Positions 1-25,896 of a stretch of DNA of 64,000 bases are shown here, one piece after another. The stretch is from assembly GCF_963506605.1 (NCBI RefSeq), contig NC_083277.1:55056001-55120000 (forward strand), in the 5' to 3' direction. The position numbers and the translations under genes were made by a program. This DNA is from Zootoca vivipara (taxonomy: Eukaryota). Numbering within the stretch: position 1 is the first letter of the stretch; the number at the start of each line of letters is the position of its first letter. The notes under the pieces were generated by a model. It saw nothing but the letters and a program-made list of their open reading frames with translations, had not been told where the DNA came from and ran no database searches.

Positions 1-792
1 ATTTATGTTCTAACGACATTTTTATCTTGCCCTTCTTTCAAGGAGCACAAGGCAGTGTGCTCACATTTACACACTCACTTTCTTTGCCCCTTGTGAGGTA
101 GGCTAGGCTAAGAGTGTTTTGGCCGGAAGGTCACCCAATGAGCTGAGTGCAGATTTCAATCTATGTGTGTGTCCCCAAAGGGTCAGAGTCCCAACCCCCA
201 GCCCACCACACCAGCCTCTGCAACATCTCAAATGTTTGGGGAAAGGGGCCTGTTCAGTAGCTCTTAGTTCTGAACTATCATTGTATGTCAGCAATGTAGC
301 AGAAGGCTTAGAAAATACAGTTTAATCATTTACCATGAAGTTTCGGAGTCTTGTCTTGTTCCCAGCAAAGACGTAACTGTGTTGCCCACAAGATTGTGCA
401 GGCCAAATAAAACATGCAGATTGAAGTCCTCCTTCAACCACCAGGCAGAATTCAATCCTGAAATCGGGTCCTCCAATCTAGTGTGACAAATTTCCATGGA
501 TCTCTTTGGTTTTCAGATAGTCTCCTTTGCTTTAGCTCCCTAAGTTACAGGTTCTGGATGTTTTCAGAAAAGCGTTTGTTTATAGTTAAACTTTACCTTG
601 GCTTTATAGATTTACGGCTGCATAAACAGTAGTGTAGCATAGCGCTCAGAAATGAGCTGGGAAGCCACTGTTCAAATCTTACTAAAGAACTTGAAGAGAA
701 CATTCGGGGGGGGGGGGTCCATGGGGGAAGAACAGTCATATCCCAGGCCAGGGCAGACAGTGGGGTAGGAATAGCTAGAAGAAAAATAAGTA

Positions 793-1043
793 CAGTGGTA
801 CCTTGTTTAAGAACACCTTAGTTTATGAACAACTTGGATTCAGAATGCTGCAAACCCGGAAGTAGATGTTTTGGTTTGTGAACTTTGCCTTGGAAGCAGA
901 ACATGTTCCACTTCCTGTTGAGTGTGTTCCATTTGTAAATTGAGTCCCCCGCTGCTATGGGAAAGGACACCTTGGTTTAAGAACGCTTTGGTTTAACAAC
1001 GGACTTCCAGAACAAATTAAGTTCGTAAACCAAGGTACCACTG
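793..1043. mobile_element. Tc1/mariner (Tigger/pogo-like) MITE
   Basis: TA|CAGTGGTACCTTG ... CAAGGTACCACTG|TA terminal inverted repeats with a TA TSD. Confidence 0.9.
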
Positions 1044-1109
1044 TACACTGGTTCCAGGGCTAGAGGAACAGCCCTTCCATTTCTGTCTCTAAAAACAAGG
1101 AAGATTTTT

Positions 1110-2000
1110 ATTTTTATTTTATTATACTTATATATATCGTTTTGTCACATGGTGACCACAAAGCAGTATTCAGTGCACAAAATTTCAATTAATGAAACAC
1201 AATTAAGACTATCATAATTTGACTTAAAATGAAACTTTCAGAAACTTGGGAGAACAAATGAGGCAATGGAATCCCACCCACTCTGTGGCCATTCATGATT
1301 CCAGAGAGAGGGAATTACACAGCCTTGGAGGAAAAGGCCCTGCCCCATGTCTCCACACAGTGAGCTAGCGCTGCTGGGAGGACTACAAGCAGCCCCCTCC
1401 CCCCCCTCCCTTGGGACTCAGGTTGGCTGATATGGGGGAGAGGCACTCCATCAAATACATAGGTTCAGGGATTTATATGTTGACACCTTAAATAGGGTCC
1501 GGTGATGTATGGCAGCCAGTACTCTTTTAATAGCTGCATTCTGGACTAGCCAGAGTTTCTGGACTGTCTTCAAGCAAAGCCCTTTGTAGATTAATCCAAA
1601 CAGAAGGTTAGTTGCAATGCAAAACAGTAGTCAGGCTTATTTTGGTCCAGGAACAGCTGTAAGTGGTGAATCAGCCATAACCAGAAAGAGACACTCCTTG
1701 CCACCAAGACCACCTGGGCTTCAAGTAAGAGAGCAGGATCCAGGAGCAATTTGATTGTGTACCTGTTCCTTTAAGGGCAGTGTGACTCTGTGTGGAACAG
1801 AATGGATATCCAACTTGCAGCCACAACCACCTCATGATTCAGCTTCAGTTGATTGGCCCTCATCCAGTCCATTGCTCTTCCAGACACTGGTTCAGCACCA
1901 ACACAGCTTCTTCTAGTTTAGATGGGAGAGAGAGGTGGATATCATAAGCAAGCTTTAACCCCTGATGACAACACCCAGTGGCTTCATATAAATGTTTTAA
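1110..2000 (-). mobile_element. Degraded L2-type LINE fragment
   Basis: T-rich tail then L2-like RT sequence (gcattctggactagccagagtttctggactgtcttcaag); boundaries approximate. Confidence 0.55.
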
Positions 2001-2536
2001 AACTTTTACTGTTCTGGCATGCAAATCTTGCTGCTAGCAGTCCTGGGCACGAGCATCACATATTAGCAGCACCATAACTAATAACAAGAGCTGGGGTAAA
2101 TTTATTCAGGTGGCTACTCAGGTTTTTGCAGGAATTGTTTCTCACTCTTTAATTTGTCTTTTGACCTCTCCTCCAGACATGTTTGTTATCTGTGCCATCT
2201 TCATTGATCTATGTCATAATGGAGAGTAATTGTTTTATTTCCGGTCCTGATTGGGTTCCCCCCCTGTTCTTCTCTTGTTTGTTGTGTTGAGTGCTGTGAG
2301 GGTGGGATGAAAATTGCACTAACACAGAAAACTCTTAACAAAATAGTTTTAAATAGACTTCTTTCCTTTAGTTTGTATGTGGACTTGGGGCCATTTTCGC
2401 AAAGAACTAACCATTTATTCTCTGTCAACATCCTTTTAATATAAACATTGACATTGCTTCCCTTTCCTTGTGCTCCCAGACCACACTCATTGTACTTAAT
2501 GAAAACTAGTCAGTTAGTTGCTCCCTCCATCTATAG

Positions 2537-2702
2537 CAGGCACCCCCAGACTTCGGCCCTCCAGATGTTTTGGACTGCAATTCCCATCATCCCTGACCAT
2601 TGGCCTACGATTCCCATGATCCCTAGCTAATAGGACCAGTGGTCAGGGAAGATGGGAACTGTAGTCCAAAACATCTGGAGGGCCGCAGTTTGGGGGTGCC
2701 TG
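2537..2702. mobile_element. Palindromic hAT-type MITE
   Basis: CAGGCACCCCCAGACT ... AGTTTGGGGGTGCCTG with long internal inverted symmetry; same family as 4084-4219. Confidence 0.85.
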
Positions 2703-4083
2703 CACTAGAGGTTTGCAGAAGTACTGTACCAAAAAAAAACAAACAAACAAAAACCCCTAAACCAGAGCAGTCAAGGGCTTTGTGTGCTCAGTTGCCTCAA
2801 AATGCTTGTAGATGGGGGGGAGAGAGGGAGGAAAACCAGAGGGATGGGAAATGGGGTGGAGTATAGCAGAGGAAAGTGGGGTCGGCTTACTGGAAAAGTC
2901 AATGGGAGCAGCACTCCACACTGCAACGTTTTGTTGCAGGGCCTACGTGTTCCTTTCTGGGGCCTGGACTGGTGTGAGTGAGTGGCATATGGCTTTCCTA
3001 TTCTGTGGCACCTGGTGGTTCATTCATCCTGAACCTATTTCCCATTTCCATTCTCCCTTGAGTTCTTCTATAGGTATCCATGGTAGTTTGGCTTCTCCTA
3101 GGATTCACAATGATTTATGTTGGTAGATGCAGTGGCCATGTTTTAGCTGCATTTATTAGTCATTCTTGGAACATGACGATGCCGTCACATGGCCTTTGTT
3201 GGGAAATCACCTGGTGTTTTAGAGCAGTTTCTAAGTACCACTAATGGCCTTGCTCAGGTCCTGCTGGGCAGCTAACCCATTATTATGCACTGCATGGGCC
3301 TTCAAATGACTTACGGCTCCATTAGCCAGATCAGATGTTCTTCTCCCCCCACACACACCTACCCCACGTCCCCCAAAGCAGAAAATATGCCTTAGTTTAC
3401 AGTCCTGTCCCACTGCGATGCAGCCCACACACGTTTTTGCTCCTCCAGCAGAGGCAGAATCATTTTTCTCCTTCCATCTGTCCACAAATTGAGGCTGCAA
3501 GATAACGATCTGAATCCAGAGTGTACTTCAGGAAATGCTTGACTACCACTGCCAGGCAGTGACTAATGCTCATGTTCTCTCCTAGTGATATCAGGGTAAA
3601 TTCTCAGGGGAATGACATTAGAGAAAGTATCTCACTCATATGCAGTGTTATATTAGCATTGTCTTCCTTTGCTACCTTACTACGAATGCCAACCAAGATA
3701 ATGTATATATAGTCTAAAATGCATGGGGTTCAACAGATTTCCTCTAGGAGCAAGGCCTTTTCAGTCACAGGACCATCCTAGCCCAAGCCATAACGCTCTA
3801 TGTTTTCAAATGTTGGTCTAAAACCTGCCCCTTTAAGCTGGACTTAGAGGATTCTGTTGCTCCTCACCCTTCTGTATAGGTTTTATTGTGTATTTGAGTT
3901 TCTGCTGAGATTAATATGTCTGGTTGTGTTCACTACTTTTCAACTCTTGCTTTGGTTTTATTGTACAGTTTTTTTTGTTGCAATGTTTTTGATGTTAACT
4001 GCTTGGAGTAAATTAGTAGCAAGTGTCAGGCAGTGGCTGTCTCCTCTCACTAACTAACCTCTTTGGCCTGATATACTCTAAAC

Positions 4084-4219
4084 TGGGCATCCCCAAACTT
4101 CGGCCCTCCAGATGTTTTGGCCTACAACTCCCATGATCCCCAGCTAACAGGACCAGTGGTCGGGGAAGATGGGAATTGTAGTCCAAAACATCTGGAGGGT
4201 CGGAGTTTGGGGGTGCCTG
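4084..4219. mobile_element. Palindromic hAT-type MITE
   Basis: 8-bp TSD CTCTAAAC (4076-4083 / 4220-4227); hairpin body. Confidence 0.88.
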
Positions 4220-4547
4220 CTCTAAACTCTTAATGCTGGGGAACTGTTTGTATCTGCCTTCCATGAACACTTTTTCTTGGGAGCTATGGCTCTTCTGAAA
4301 CCACAAAAGTAATTTTCTCTGTGCTTCAGGGCAGGAAGACACAACCCATGAAGCACATAAATTTCATTGAACGCAGCAACTATGCATGTCATTTATCCTC
4401 AGTAATTTGACAGACAACCTCCTATCCTGATGCGGTAGTGCTATGTTACCCCACTCACAGGATAGGCAACATATTGTAGACATTAATAAGGGCAGAAGAG
4501 GGAGGATCAGTGATCACCATTTTTGTATTTCAGCCATAAGTTTAATA

Positions 4548-4550
4548 CAG

Positions 4551-4597
<47 letters not shown>

Positions 4598-4760
4598 GCA
4601 GTTAGTGTTATAGTTTGGGAAAGTTTTTCGGAAGCCAAACATCCAATTGAGTGCAAGAAGCTCCTGCAGCCAATCGGAAGCTGCACCTTGGTTTTTGAAC
4701 AGTTTCGGGAGTCAAACGGACTCCCGAAACAGATTAAGTTCGAGAACCAAGGTTCCAGTG
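4548..4760. mobile_element. Tc1/mariner MITE interrupted by (TAA)n
   Basis: TA|CAGTGGTA then the microsatellite; body and right TIR match the copy at 48284-48520. Confidence 0.8.
4554..4597. repeat. (TAA)n microsatellite
   Basis: About 14 perfect units. Confidence 0.97.
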
Positions 4761-5449
4761 TAGAACATCACATGTAGATCCAGCCTCAGTGCCTATTGCT
4801 TGGATTAGGGAAAATCATTGCCTTGTGCTAAACTGGTTGTACAGAAATCCTTATCCAGTGCTCTGGTTACTGCAGCTATCATGACACCGTCATCATGGTT
4901 GTGTTACTACCCTTCGAGTTCACTGTGTGTGTTCCTTAGTGCACTGGCTTTGGCTATGCTGTCAGTCACTATGTTGATGCTGAGAATGGTGTATTCAGCA
5001 AGTCTGTTGGTGTTACTCCCTTTCAGACACTTAGCAATTGGGCTCCAGGTCCCAAACAGAAGAAAGATGTACTTCTTAACCATGCAGCAGATGGCTCTGA
5101 GAGATGCAAGAAGTTTCCTTCTTTCTTTACATTTCATACAAGGAAGGGAAAGTCCAAGAACGTTTATCTGAGGGAATCGGGTCTGGGCAGCAGTCTGCTA
5201 CTCAGTATACTCATATTTGCAACATTCAGCAGGCAGGAAGGTTTGCCCTCCAAGCCATTTTGCAGACTTAAATCTCCACATTTCCCCATTGTGCCAGTAA
5301 GGAACCAGACTCAGTGACTGCTTCAAAGTTATACTTAGTTTCCAGCCGTGGTTAAGCCCATCTTTTCCTTTGGTTTTCAGCAGTATGATCTTGCTGTAAT
5401 TGCTGTCATGTCAGACCTCAGTAACATTGTGGGGTTTTTTCCCTCACAG

Positions 5450-9225
<3,776 letters not shown>

Positions 9226-10249
9226 CTCTCCAGGCGGCATCTACTGAGGAACACGGGAAGGTGAGGCATTGCACACACTCATCCAGGTGCCTGAAAGGGC
9301 ATGCACTTCTGTTTCTTCCCGGGAAATAAATGTGTGAGCAAGACATGGCTGTCAATTCTGTGACAACTCTGTACACCTTAATGCACCATTGTGCGTGGCT
9401 GTGTCTCAAAGGCAGTAGCAGAAGCAACTGTTTGAGATGCCAAAGGTGGATGGGCACTGAAAGCTGGCAAGGCGAGGGGGCAGAGGAGTGGTTTTGCTGT
9501 TGCAGAAAAATGAAGCAGAGTCATTGATGCCCCGTGAACTTGAGTTGATGGAGCTGGAGGGCTTGGCTTGCTGGAGGGGAGAAATGCTAGCTTGTTTTCA
9601 TGTGGGCTCCCTTCAGCTCCAGTGGAGATGAAGCTCTTCAAAACCTGATGGGGGATCAACTTGTTTAACTGCTCTGAACCAATCTTGAAATGCATCTGGG
9701 CCCCTTGGCATAATTCCAGGCTCAGGAAAATGGTCCATCAGAGATTAGCTCCCAGGCCTTTGGCTTTGTATTAAACAATCTATGGCCTTTTAAACTTTTT
9801 TGGGGGGGGTAGTATTATTATTTGTTATTGTGTTTTTATATTGTAAAACTGTCCTGTGATCCTCTGATGACGGGCAGTATACAAATTTAATGAATAATGA
9901 TCCAGCAGGCTCTTCTAATGTGCTTAAGAAATGAAGGGTGAACCCTTCTTTCTCTGGGTATATTACAAACTAACATTTAGCTCACAGACTGGGGAGGTAC
10001 TGAATCAATGGTTGCACATGTGGTGCTAGCTGAATGTCGCTTGGGTCCACCATGGCCACTGAAGTGAGCAATGTTTGTGTATATCTGTCCACCTCCTTCA
10101 GATAATTGACTTCCGTTCTGACAGATGTGCAGAAAATTAGAGGCAGCAGGCTCCAAAAGCAGCTTCCAGGGTCCTGCCAATGCCTGCGGCCAATGCACTC
10201 TTCTATCAGCTTGAGCTGATTCACTTTTCTGTGCTCTCTCCTTTTGCAG

Positions 10250-11420
10250 GATTACTTGAACTGCTCCATATGAGGAAGAGGCTGGTTTTGATGAAGGGAG
10301 GACTGCACCATTTAATGACTTCTGCTTCTTACATTTTTGTTCCATTCCTTTTCATTTTCCCTAATGATGAGACTTTGGAGTTTCTGCCTGTCCGAGGGAC
10401 AGTTTCCATTGCTTCCCCTGCTCTGTGCTGTCCCGGGTGCCTCTTGCAGGCTGCTTGTATCCTATCCCTGTGCCCACAAAGCCTTACTGAAGCACCAATG
10501 ATTGGTGGCCTGCCATAGCTGTAACATTTCCATGTATGTCCATTTTTATTTTTATTTTTTAAAGCTGAAGTGCAGAAAGTAACAGGTCAAGGGGTTTTGG
10601 ACAGGTTTTTAATGGTTTTTCCTTTCCTTTTTTTAAAAAGGCAAATGGTCCGAGTAAACCTCTGTCTGGCTCTGCCAAAGCAAACCACTGTCCATTTGTT
10701 TTTCACCTTCCAACAGGTGGAGCTCTTGCCATGGAGCAAGCGTCTCAGCTCCTACCTCCATAATTTGCACAGACTGGCAAGAAAACGAAAAAAAAAACAT
10801 TCCTCCAAAAGCCAACTTGTGCAGGAAAAGTTGACCTATTTTTTTTAAAGAAAACCTTTTTTTTTTAAAGAAACCCTTATTTAAAATGTCATGTAGTAAA
10901 CAGTTGAGTTGCCCAACATGAGCTCATCTTCTCTAGTAAATTTTGTGCCTTGAGGGTGTCTGTATGTTTACATCTGTTTCTTAGTTTGCTTCAATGTGCA
11001 TTGTGTTTTAGATTAGCATAAAATGGACTCCCCCTTTCTTCCCCCCCCCAGCCCTTTTCTCCCTTTCTGCTGTGGTCCAGGCCAAGCTTTTTATGACCAC
11101 CTTTTCTTCCTGGCCACAGAATTAGGTTCCTAAGGGCTAAGATTCCACTAAGGACTTCTTTCCATTCCTTTGTGCCCCACCCCAAGGCCTGGGCGTGCTC
11201 CTGAGGTTGCTGTAATGTCAGGTCTATTTTAATGTATTTTCTTAGCTCTAACTGTAGTATCAGTTGAGGAAACACTGCTGTATGTTAAGCGGTCCTGCCT
11301 GCCGGGCAGTCGATGGGCACTGGGGCCATTAGTAACCGTCAAGACGCAGCCTAGCTTTTATCACAATGTTTTACCAAATTGTTCACACGGTTTGAAATAA
11401 TAAAAAGTAGAAAGAAAGCC
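10250..11420 (+). other. GNAI2: GNAI2 non-coding terminal exon (3' UTR)
   Basis: Strong acceptor ttttctgtgctctctccttttgcag|G at 10250; AATAAA at 11399-11404; the 3' end is approximate. Confidence 0.75.
11399..11404 (+). terminator. GNAI2 polyadenylation signal AATAAA
   Basis: tttgaaatAATAAAaagtag at the end of the UTR exon. Confidence 0.7.
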
Positions 11421-12029
11421 CTGTTTACTCTGCATTGCTTCTCTTGCACGCACCAGTGAGGACTTTTGCATTGCCAAATGGATTTTGCTTTAAACCATGG
11501 CCACGAAAACACAACACAGCACCGAAGAGCTGGCTTCGTACATGGCTCTGAAAGGCATCCCATCAGTCTGGCATCATCTGCACTTCAAGGTTTGCAAGTG
11601 ATTTAGTTTAGATAAAACCCAGGCACATGGCTTTAAGTTTATGATCAGCCACAACCCTTGGAAATCGCACTTCTCAGAACAAGCGTGAATGAGTAAAGAC
11701 TTAAGATAACACATGGGCTCCTAGCCTTTCTAGCAGTGTCCAATGCAGCAGATCACCTGCCATTCGCAGCTCCCACAGCTGATTAGGGGCTTTCTGGTGG
11801 GGTGTGTGTGTATGATTTAATACGATGTATGTATGTGACCATTTGCTGCATGGCGTAGAATGCACCACTGGCTTCCTCGTTTGGCTGGGAGGAAGCCAGA
11901 GACTTACCGTAGGCAGCAAAGAAGAACCTTTCCTAAGTTGACCCTGAGCAACTCTGCGAAAGCCATCTCTCAAGAAAGAGTAAGTGATAAATGATTCTAA
12001 GTCCTAGAAACGAAAGAGATAAAGTATAA

Positions 12030-12876
12030 AGAAAAAAATTGTACTTATTACTTTATTGATAAAACCAACTATTTGTGATATTGTGAGGTCAGTGTGTTTG
12101 GGCACATACTGTTGGTGCTTTTACAGATAATTACAGAGCCTCCCTGGTGAAATAAAGAAAAGGCTTCACTAAAGAACCATGCTGAGAAAATGCCATTTAA
12201 GCAAAAATTAAAACTGAAATCTTGTATTAAGGATAGCTCTAGGATTTTGACTTGTGCCTTGACCAGGAGTTTGGTTTTCAAGCTTTTGCACCTTGTGTAA
12301 AGGCTTGAATCTCTCTCCATCTACTCGTACTACTGCAGCACCCTGTGTGCACAGGTGTGTTAGTGCCCTAGTACACCTATAAGAAGCCTAGCAAGTGCCC
12401 ACTATTTACAAGAGCAGAAATCAAAGGGGACAGAAAGAAAAGGGTTTCCTAAACTGTCAGGACTCTGCAAACAAGCCCAGTATGGGAGGAAACTCCACAC
12501 ATGCTTAACAACTTCCACACCACAGAGGTGGCTCAGGTAGAAAGCAAGTTACCAGAATGAAGCTCCTGCCTGCTTTTCCTGGGTGTCAAGGATGAGGTAG
12601 CGGTCAACACTCTTGGGGTGTAATTTGGAAGCCTTCTAGTAATCTCAGAGTTCCAACTCCAGAGGGTCAATTAAACGCCCATGATGGGATGGAGAATCTT
12701 TGGTCTGACTTAGCTCAGATGAGGGAGAAACTTCTTTTCCCCATCTGTGGATCACTATAGCCAGCCAGCGTGCAAGAATGAATGTGAATGGGTGCATCAG
12801 CTCAGGTAAGAGGAAAGCTTCCCTTTCACACTGCTGAATTTGCAATGCTGCATTTGACCAGAAGGGCCGGGAACAC
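12030..12876 (-). other. GNAT1: Putative GNAT1 non-coding terminal exon (3' UTR)
   Basis: Minus-strand acceptor ccttttctctctctag|GTGTTC at 12876; donor CAG|gtggg 6 nt after the stop (13686/13685); polyA signal at 12052. Confidence 0.6.
12052..12057 (-). terminator. Putative GNAT1 polyadenylation signal
   Basis: TTTATT on + (AATAAA on -), followed on the minus strand by a U-rich tract (ttttttctttatactttatctctttc). Confidence 0.6.
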
Positions 12877-13248
12877 CTAGAGAGAGAAAAGGTATACAAA
12901 GTGAGGATCCCGCTTAGCAACTAGTTTTCCTTGAAAGCCACTTTGGCCTACCCTATCCTAGCAACTGAATAGCTTTGTTGGCTCAGAGCAAGGATCTATC
13001 TAGTCCAACATCTTGCTCTGCATATCGGCAAACCCAACCCCTCACAGATGCCCACAAGCAGAGCTTGGGCGCTTGCCCTCTGTTGTTGTTAAGGAGCCAC
13101 AGGAATTCATTGCTTACTAGACCAAGTTGCTTGTCTAAAACTCATTTGCTCTCCCTGGGAGCCGTTCTTCAGGGCCTCAGTCCAGGGTGGTTTCACATCA
13201 TCTACCCAAACTGGAGATGTCAGACACTGAACTGTGATCTTTGACCTT

Positions 13249-13449
13249 CCATGTTTCTCCGAAAATAAGCCATACCCCAAAAATTAGCCAAACCCCAAAA
13301 ATAAGCCATAGTGATAGGCAGTTTAACCTTGTAGGTTAAACTGTACCATACTTAATAATAAAAAAGACATCCCCTGAAAATAAGCCACTGTGTGTTTTTT
13401 TGAGGAAAAATGAATATAAGACGGTGTCTTATTTTTGGAGAAACACAGT
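13249..13449. mobile_element. Tc1/mariner-superfamily (Tc2/pogo-like) MITE
   Basis: TIRs tgtttctccgaaaataag ... cttatttttggagaaaca; internal repeats of aaaataagcca. Confidence 0.75.
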
Positions 13450-13691
13450 TCTATGTTAAAAGTATTTATGCTCCAATATTGAGATACAGGCCTTTCCCCC
13501 CCTCCCCCCAAAAAATGGTTCAGTGGTGACGCCAAGAGTCTGCCCTGCTCTGCTGCAGAAGGCTGCTTTACTTCTCATTGCACAATCAAATAATACAACA
13601 GGATCCGCCTAACCATTTGCACTAGGAAAGTGGGGTCTTGGCTAACCCACTGCATAGAGTTGACCAACCAGGGAGAAAAACCCACCTGCAG

Positions 13692-22991
<9,300 letters not shown>

Positions 22992-23220
22992 CGTCCTTTT
23001 CGTTCAGCAAGAGAGGATTCCGACAAGCCCCTGTGGGATTTCCAGCACGTTCTGCTGCGGTTTGGCCTTTCTGTCCAGCCCAGCAGTATTCCACACAGAA
23101 CCTTCCTAGTCTTGCACCCTTGAGATGTTTCAATACTGATGGCTGCTCCCACCCCTTTCCAGCACCAGCCACTTTCTGCCTTGCAGGTGGGAGGACTTTG
23201 CCACTCGGTGGGGTCAGATG

Positions 23221-23390
23221 TTCAGTATTGGCCAATGTGAAGTGAGAACAGGTGAATAAGGGGCTGGAGCAATACACCCACAGGACCTCCCTCTTAGTTT
23301 AATCTGACTTGCTTTGTTCAGCAGCTGCTCAAAGCTATTCCTGAGATAAAGCCCCTCAAATCCCCCCACATGCTAAACTCAGCAGTTTCC
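23221..23390 (-). promoter_or_regulatory. Putative GNAT1 proximal promoter with CCAAT, CRX/OTX-type and NRL/Maf-type motifs
   Basis: ATTGGCCAAT at about 23227; TTAATCT at 23299-23305; TGCTAAACTCAGCAGTTT at 23371 (minus strand AAACTGCTGAG, an extended Maf half-site). All lie 230-400 bp upstream of the ATG. The TSS is not determinable from sequence. Confidence 0.5.
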
Positions 23391-25877
23391 ACTTTCTATC
23401 TGCTCTTGACCTGGAGGGAAGCATCAACACTGTAAAAGCAGACCCCTCCCTCCAAGTCGCACCTCACTCCTCCTGCTATAGTAGCATTTGCTTCCATCTC
23501 ACTCTGGCTTCTGAGTGAATTACATTTATCACAGCTTGAAAGAGGACAGTTAGCTTGGTTGGGCCATTCCAACTCCCTACAACCCTCCCCCCCCATACAA
23601 CCTCAAGATAGGGAGGCTAATAAAAACTACTAGTACCATCACCCCCAAACTATTAATAAATATGACACTTAAATTCTCATGAAAAGCACCCTGCAAATTA
23701 GATTTTTTTTGTGATTTACAGAAGTGGAAATGAGTGTGGGGGACAGTATTATCTACATACAATGAGTTCTTGACTAAGAGCAGCATCCAGATCTCACAGA
23801 TTCGATTGCAGTGCTTACACTGGCTCTGCTAAAATGTGGGTGCTATTGACATGTGAATATATACTGAAGTATGCCAGTTATTTGTGGAATACCTGCAGGG
23901 AGTGCCTGGTGCTGCCTAATTCAAAGAACCATTCCCCCCAACTTGGTTTTTAAATGGATTGTTTAATTTGTGAGTTTCTGTAGGTACATATGCACATGGA
24001 GATATATAATGATGTACCTGCAATTCAGGAAAGCACTTCATGTATCTGATGAAGTCCACCAAAGCTTATGACATAATACTTTTGTTAGCCTTTAAGGTGC
24101 CAAAAGACTTTCTTGTTTCTGCTGCAAGAGAGTGATGTGGCCACCTCTCTGGAAATAATAATGGAATGTGTTTATAATGGACAGTAATGGTTAATCAGGT
24201 TTGCAACAGGATTAACTGATGAGAGGTGAGTGAGATCTATTTAGCCATTGTTCCTGGAACTGTTTGATCTAGATCTGCAAGGGAATATTAAAAGCGGTTA
24301 CTCAGAACTCACCTTCCCTGCTCCCTTTCCTTCTGTTCTTCCTCCTTCCATTCCCCCAGTCTTTTGTCTCTTGTGAACTTGCTTATTCCCCCTTGGAAGT
24401 CTGTATATGTGGCTGAACTACAGGTATATGCTATAGATGTTGGGTAGGGTAGGGTTATTTATTTATAAAGAATACTTAGATCATAAAAATATTTAAGTGG
24501 TTTACAACTAGACTGTCTATATACAATAAAAACACATTAAAAATAAAAACAAGAGACCATCAACTAACTGCTACAGAACAATGTCTTCTTTATCGCCTAC
24601 AGAAGCTTGGCAGCAAAGGGGGGAAAATCAGGAGGTGTTTAAGGGATAAAACAAAAGGTCATTGTTGAGGCTGAGGAATCTTTATTAGTATTATTTACCT
24701 GCTATTTCCATGTTTTAAAAATACACATGCAAAACTTTAAATAGTATGAATTTAAGTTAAAAAAACAACTGGTTATACGGGAAGAAAACTCAAACATACT
24801 GACTTGCCTTGTTCCTGAGATAAGGTACTAATACTCTTGTGAAAAAAAAGATAAATGCCTTTGCCAAAAAGCAGAGCTCGGGATCCATCTTCCAATACAA
24901 GGACAGACATCTGCAGAAGAAACAGCACCCAATATCATGGACTGGCAGGGTGCTGACTTGTGTGCACTGAGGGACGTGGGACTGGAGTTGACTCCGGAGA
25001 ATGGGCAGTGAATAGTGAGGTGCTGTTCCAGCCAGGAGGCAAGAGTTGGAGGCAGGGGAAACTTCAGAGCTGGAGGGTAGAGGAGGAATAGACAGGCTAG
25101 GCTGGGTGCTTCTGCCCCCCCCCTTTGCACCACTGTCTCCCAGATCCAGGAGAGAATTGAAGTGGGAGGCGCAAAGGCAGCTTCCACAGAGGCATAGTCT
25201 CTGGCTGCGTGTGCTAGCCCACTGGGGTAAAACACATAAGCTAGTGGAGGGTGAGTGGCCTTCTGTTGCTGCAGCTGCTCCCGAAGGAGGTCATTCGGCA
25301 GGAAACCTGAACAAGAACACTCCTGTTTGGGGGTAACAATAACAGGTGAAACTTATCTCTAAATACCAGGTTCTGGGGACAAACAAGGAGATGGGGCTGT
25401 TGCAAGTATGCCTTGCATGTGGACTTTCTAGAGCATCTGGTTGTCCCATGTTGGAAATGGGATGCTGGGGGAGATGGACACTGAAACTGATCAAACACTA
25501 TCCTCTTACCAGTTCCAGCAGGATTTGGCCTCAGTCTGATTGGGAGGGGCTGCTGAAAAATGGATTTCAGAACACACTGAATGAGATGGAACAGCTGACT
25601 GGAATCCCCACAAGATATTGCTGCTTAGGAAAACCAAGCATTAACGCAGAGTTTCAGCTTTTCATACTTAGACTTCTCCAGAAGAGATTCAGCAAATGAC
25701 CAGTGTAGAGAGCTTTGAATTCATTTGCCTTTCCAATCATAATAAAATGTCTTCTAGGAACCACAAAAGTGGTCTGCATCATGTTCCCACAGTTGAGGAA
25801 GAGACAAGACACCTGTATTGAAGGCAAGACAAACTTACGGTATGTTCTCTTCCTTAACCTCAATAACAATGTGACTT

Positions 25878-25896
25878 TCTGCCACTAGAGGGGGAA
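25878..25896 (+). promoter_or_regulatory. CTCF-like motif
   Basis: TGCCACTAGAGGGGG in the GNAT1-SEMA3F intergenic region. Confidence 0.4.

Noticed and set aside
4523-4777. ORF with poly-Ile
   Set aside because: Translation of a (TAA)n microsatellite within a MITE; the ORF at 61856-62089 likewise translates a (TAA)n run
1-5449. Searched for GNAI2 exon 5 (RVKTTGIVE)
   Set aside because: No matching coding sequence found; this stretch is intron 5 with repeat remnants
24828-25699. Intergenic ORFs of 85-135 aa (possible SLC38A3 remnant or novel gene)
   Set aside because: No recognisable homology or exon structure; a tblastx search would be needed to revisit this
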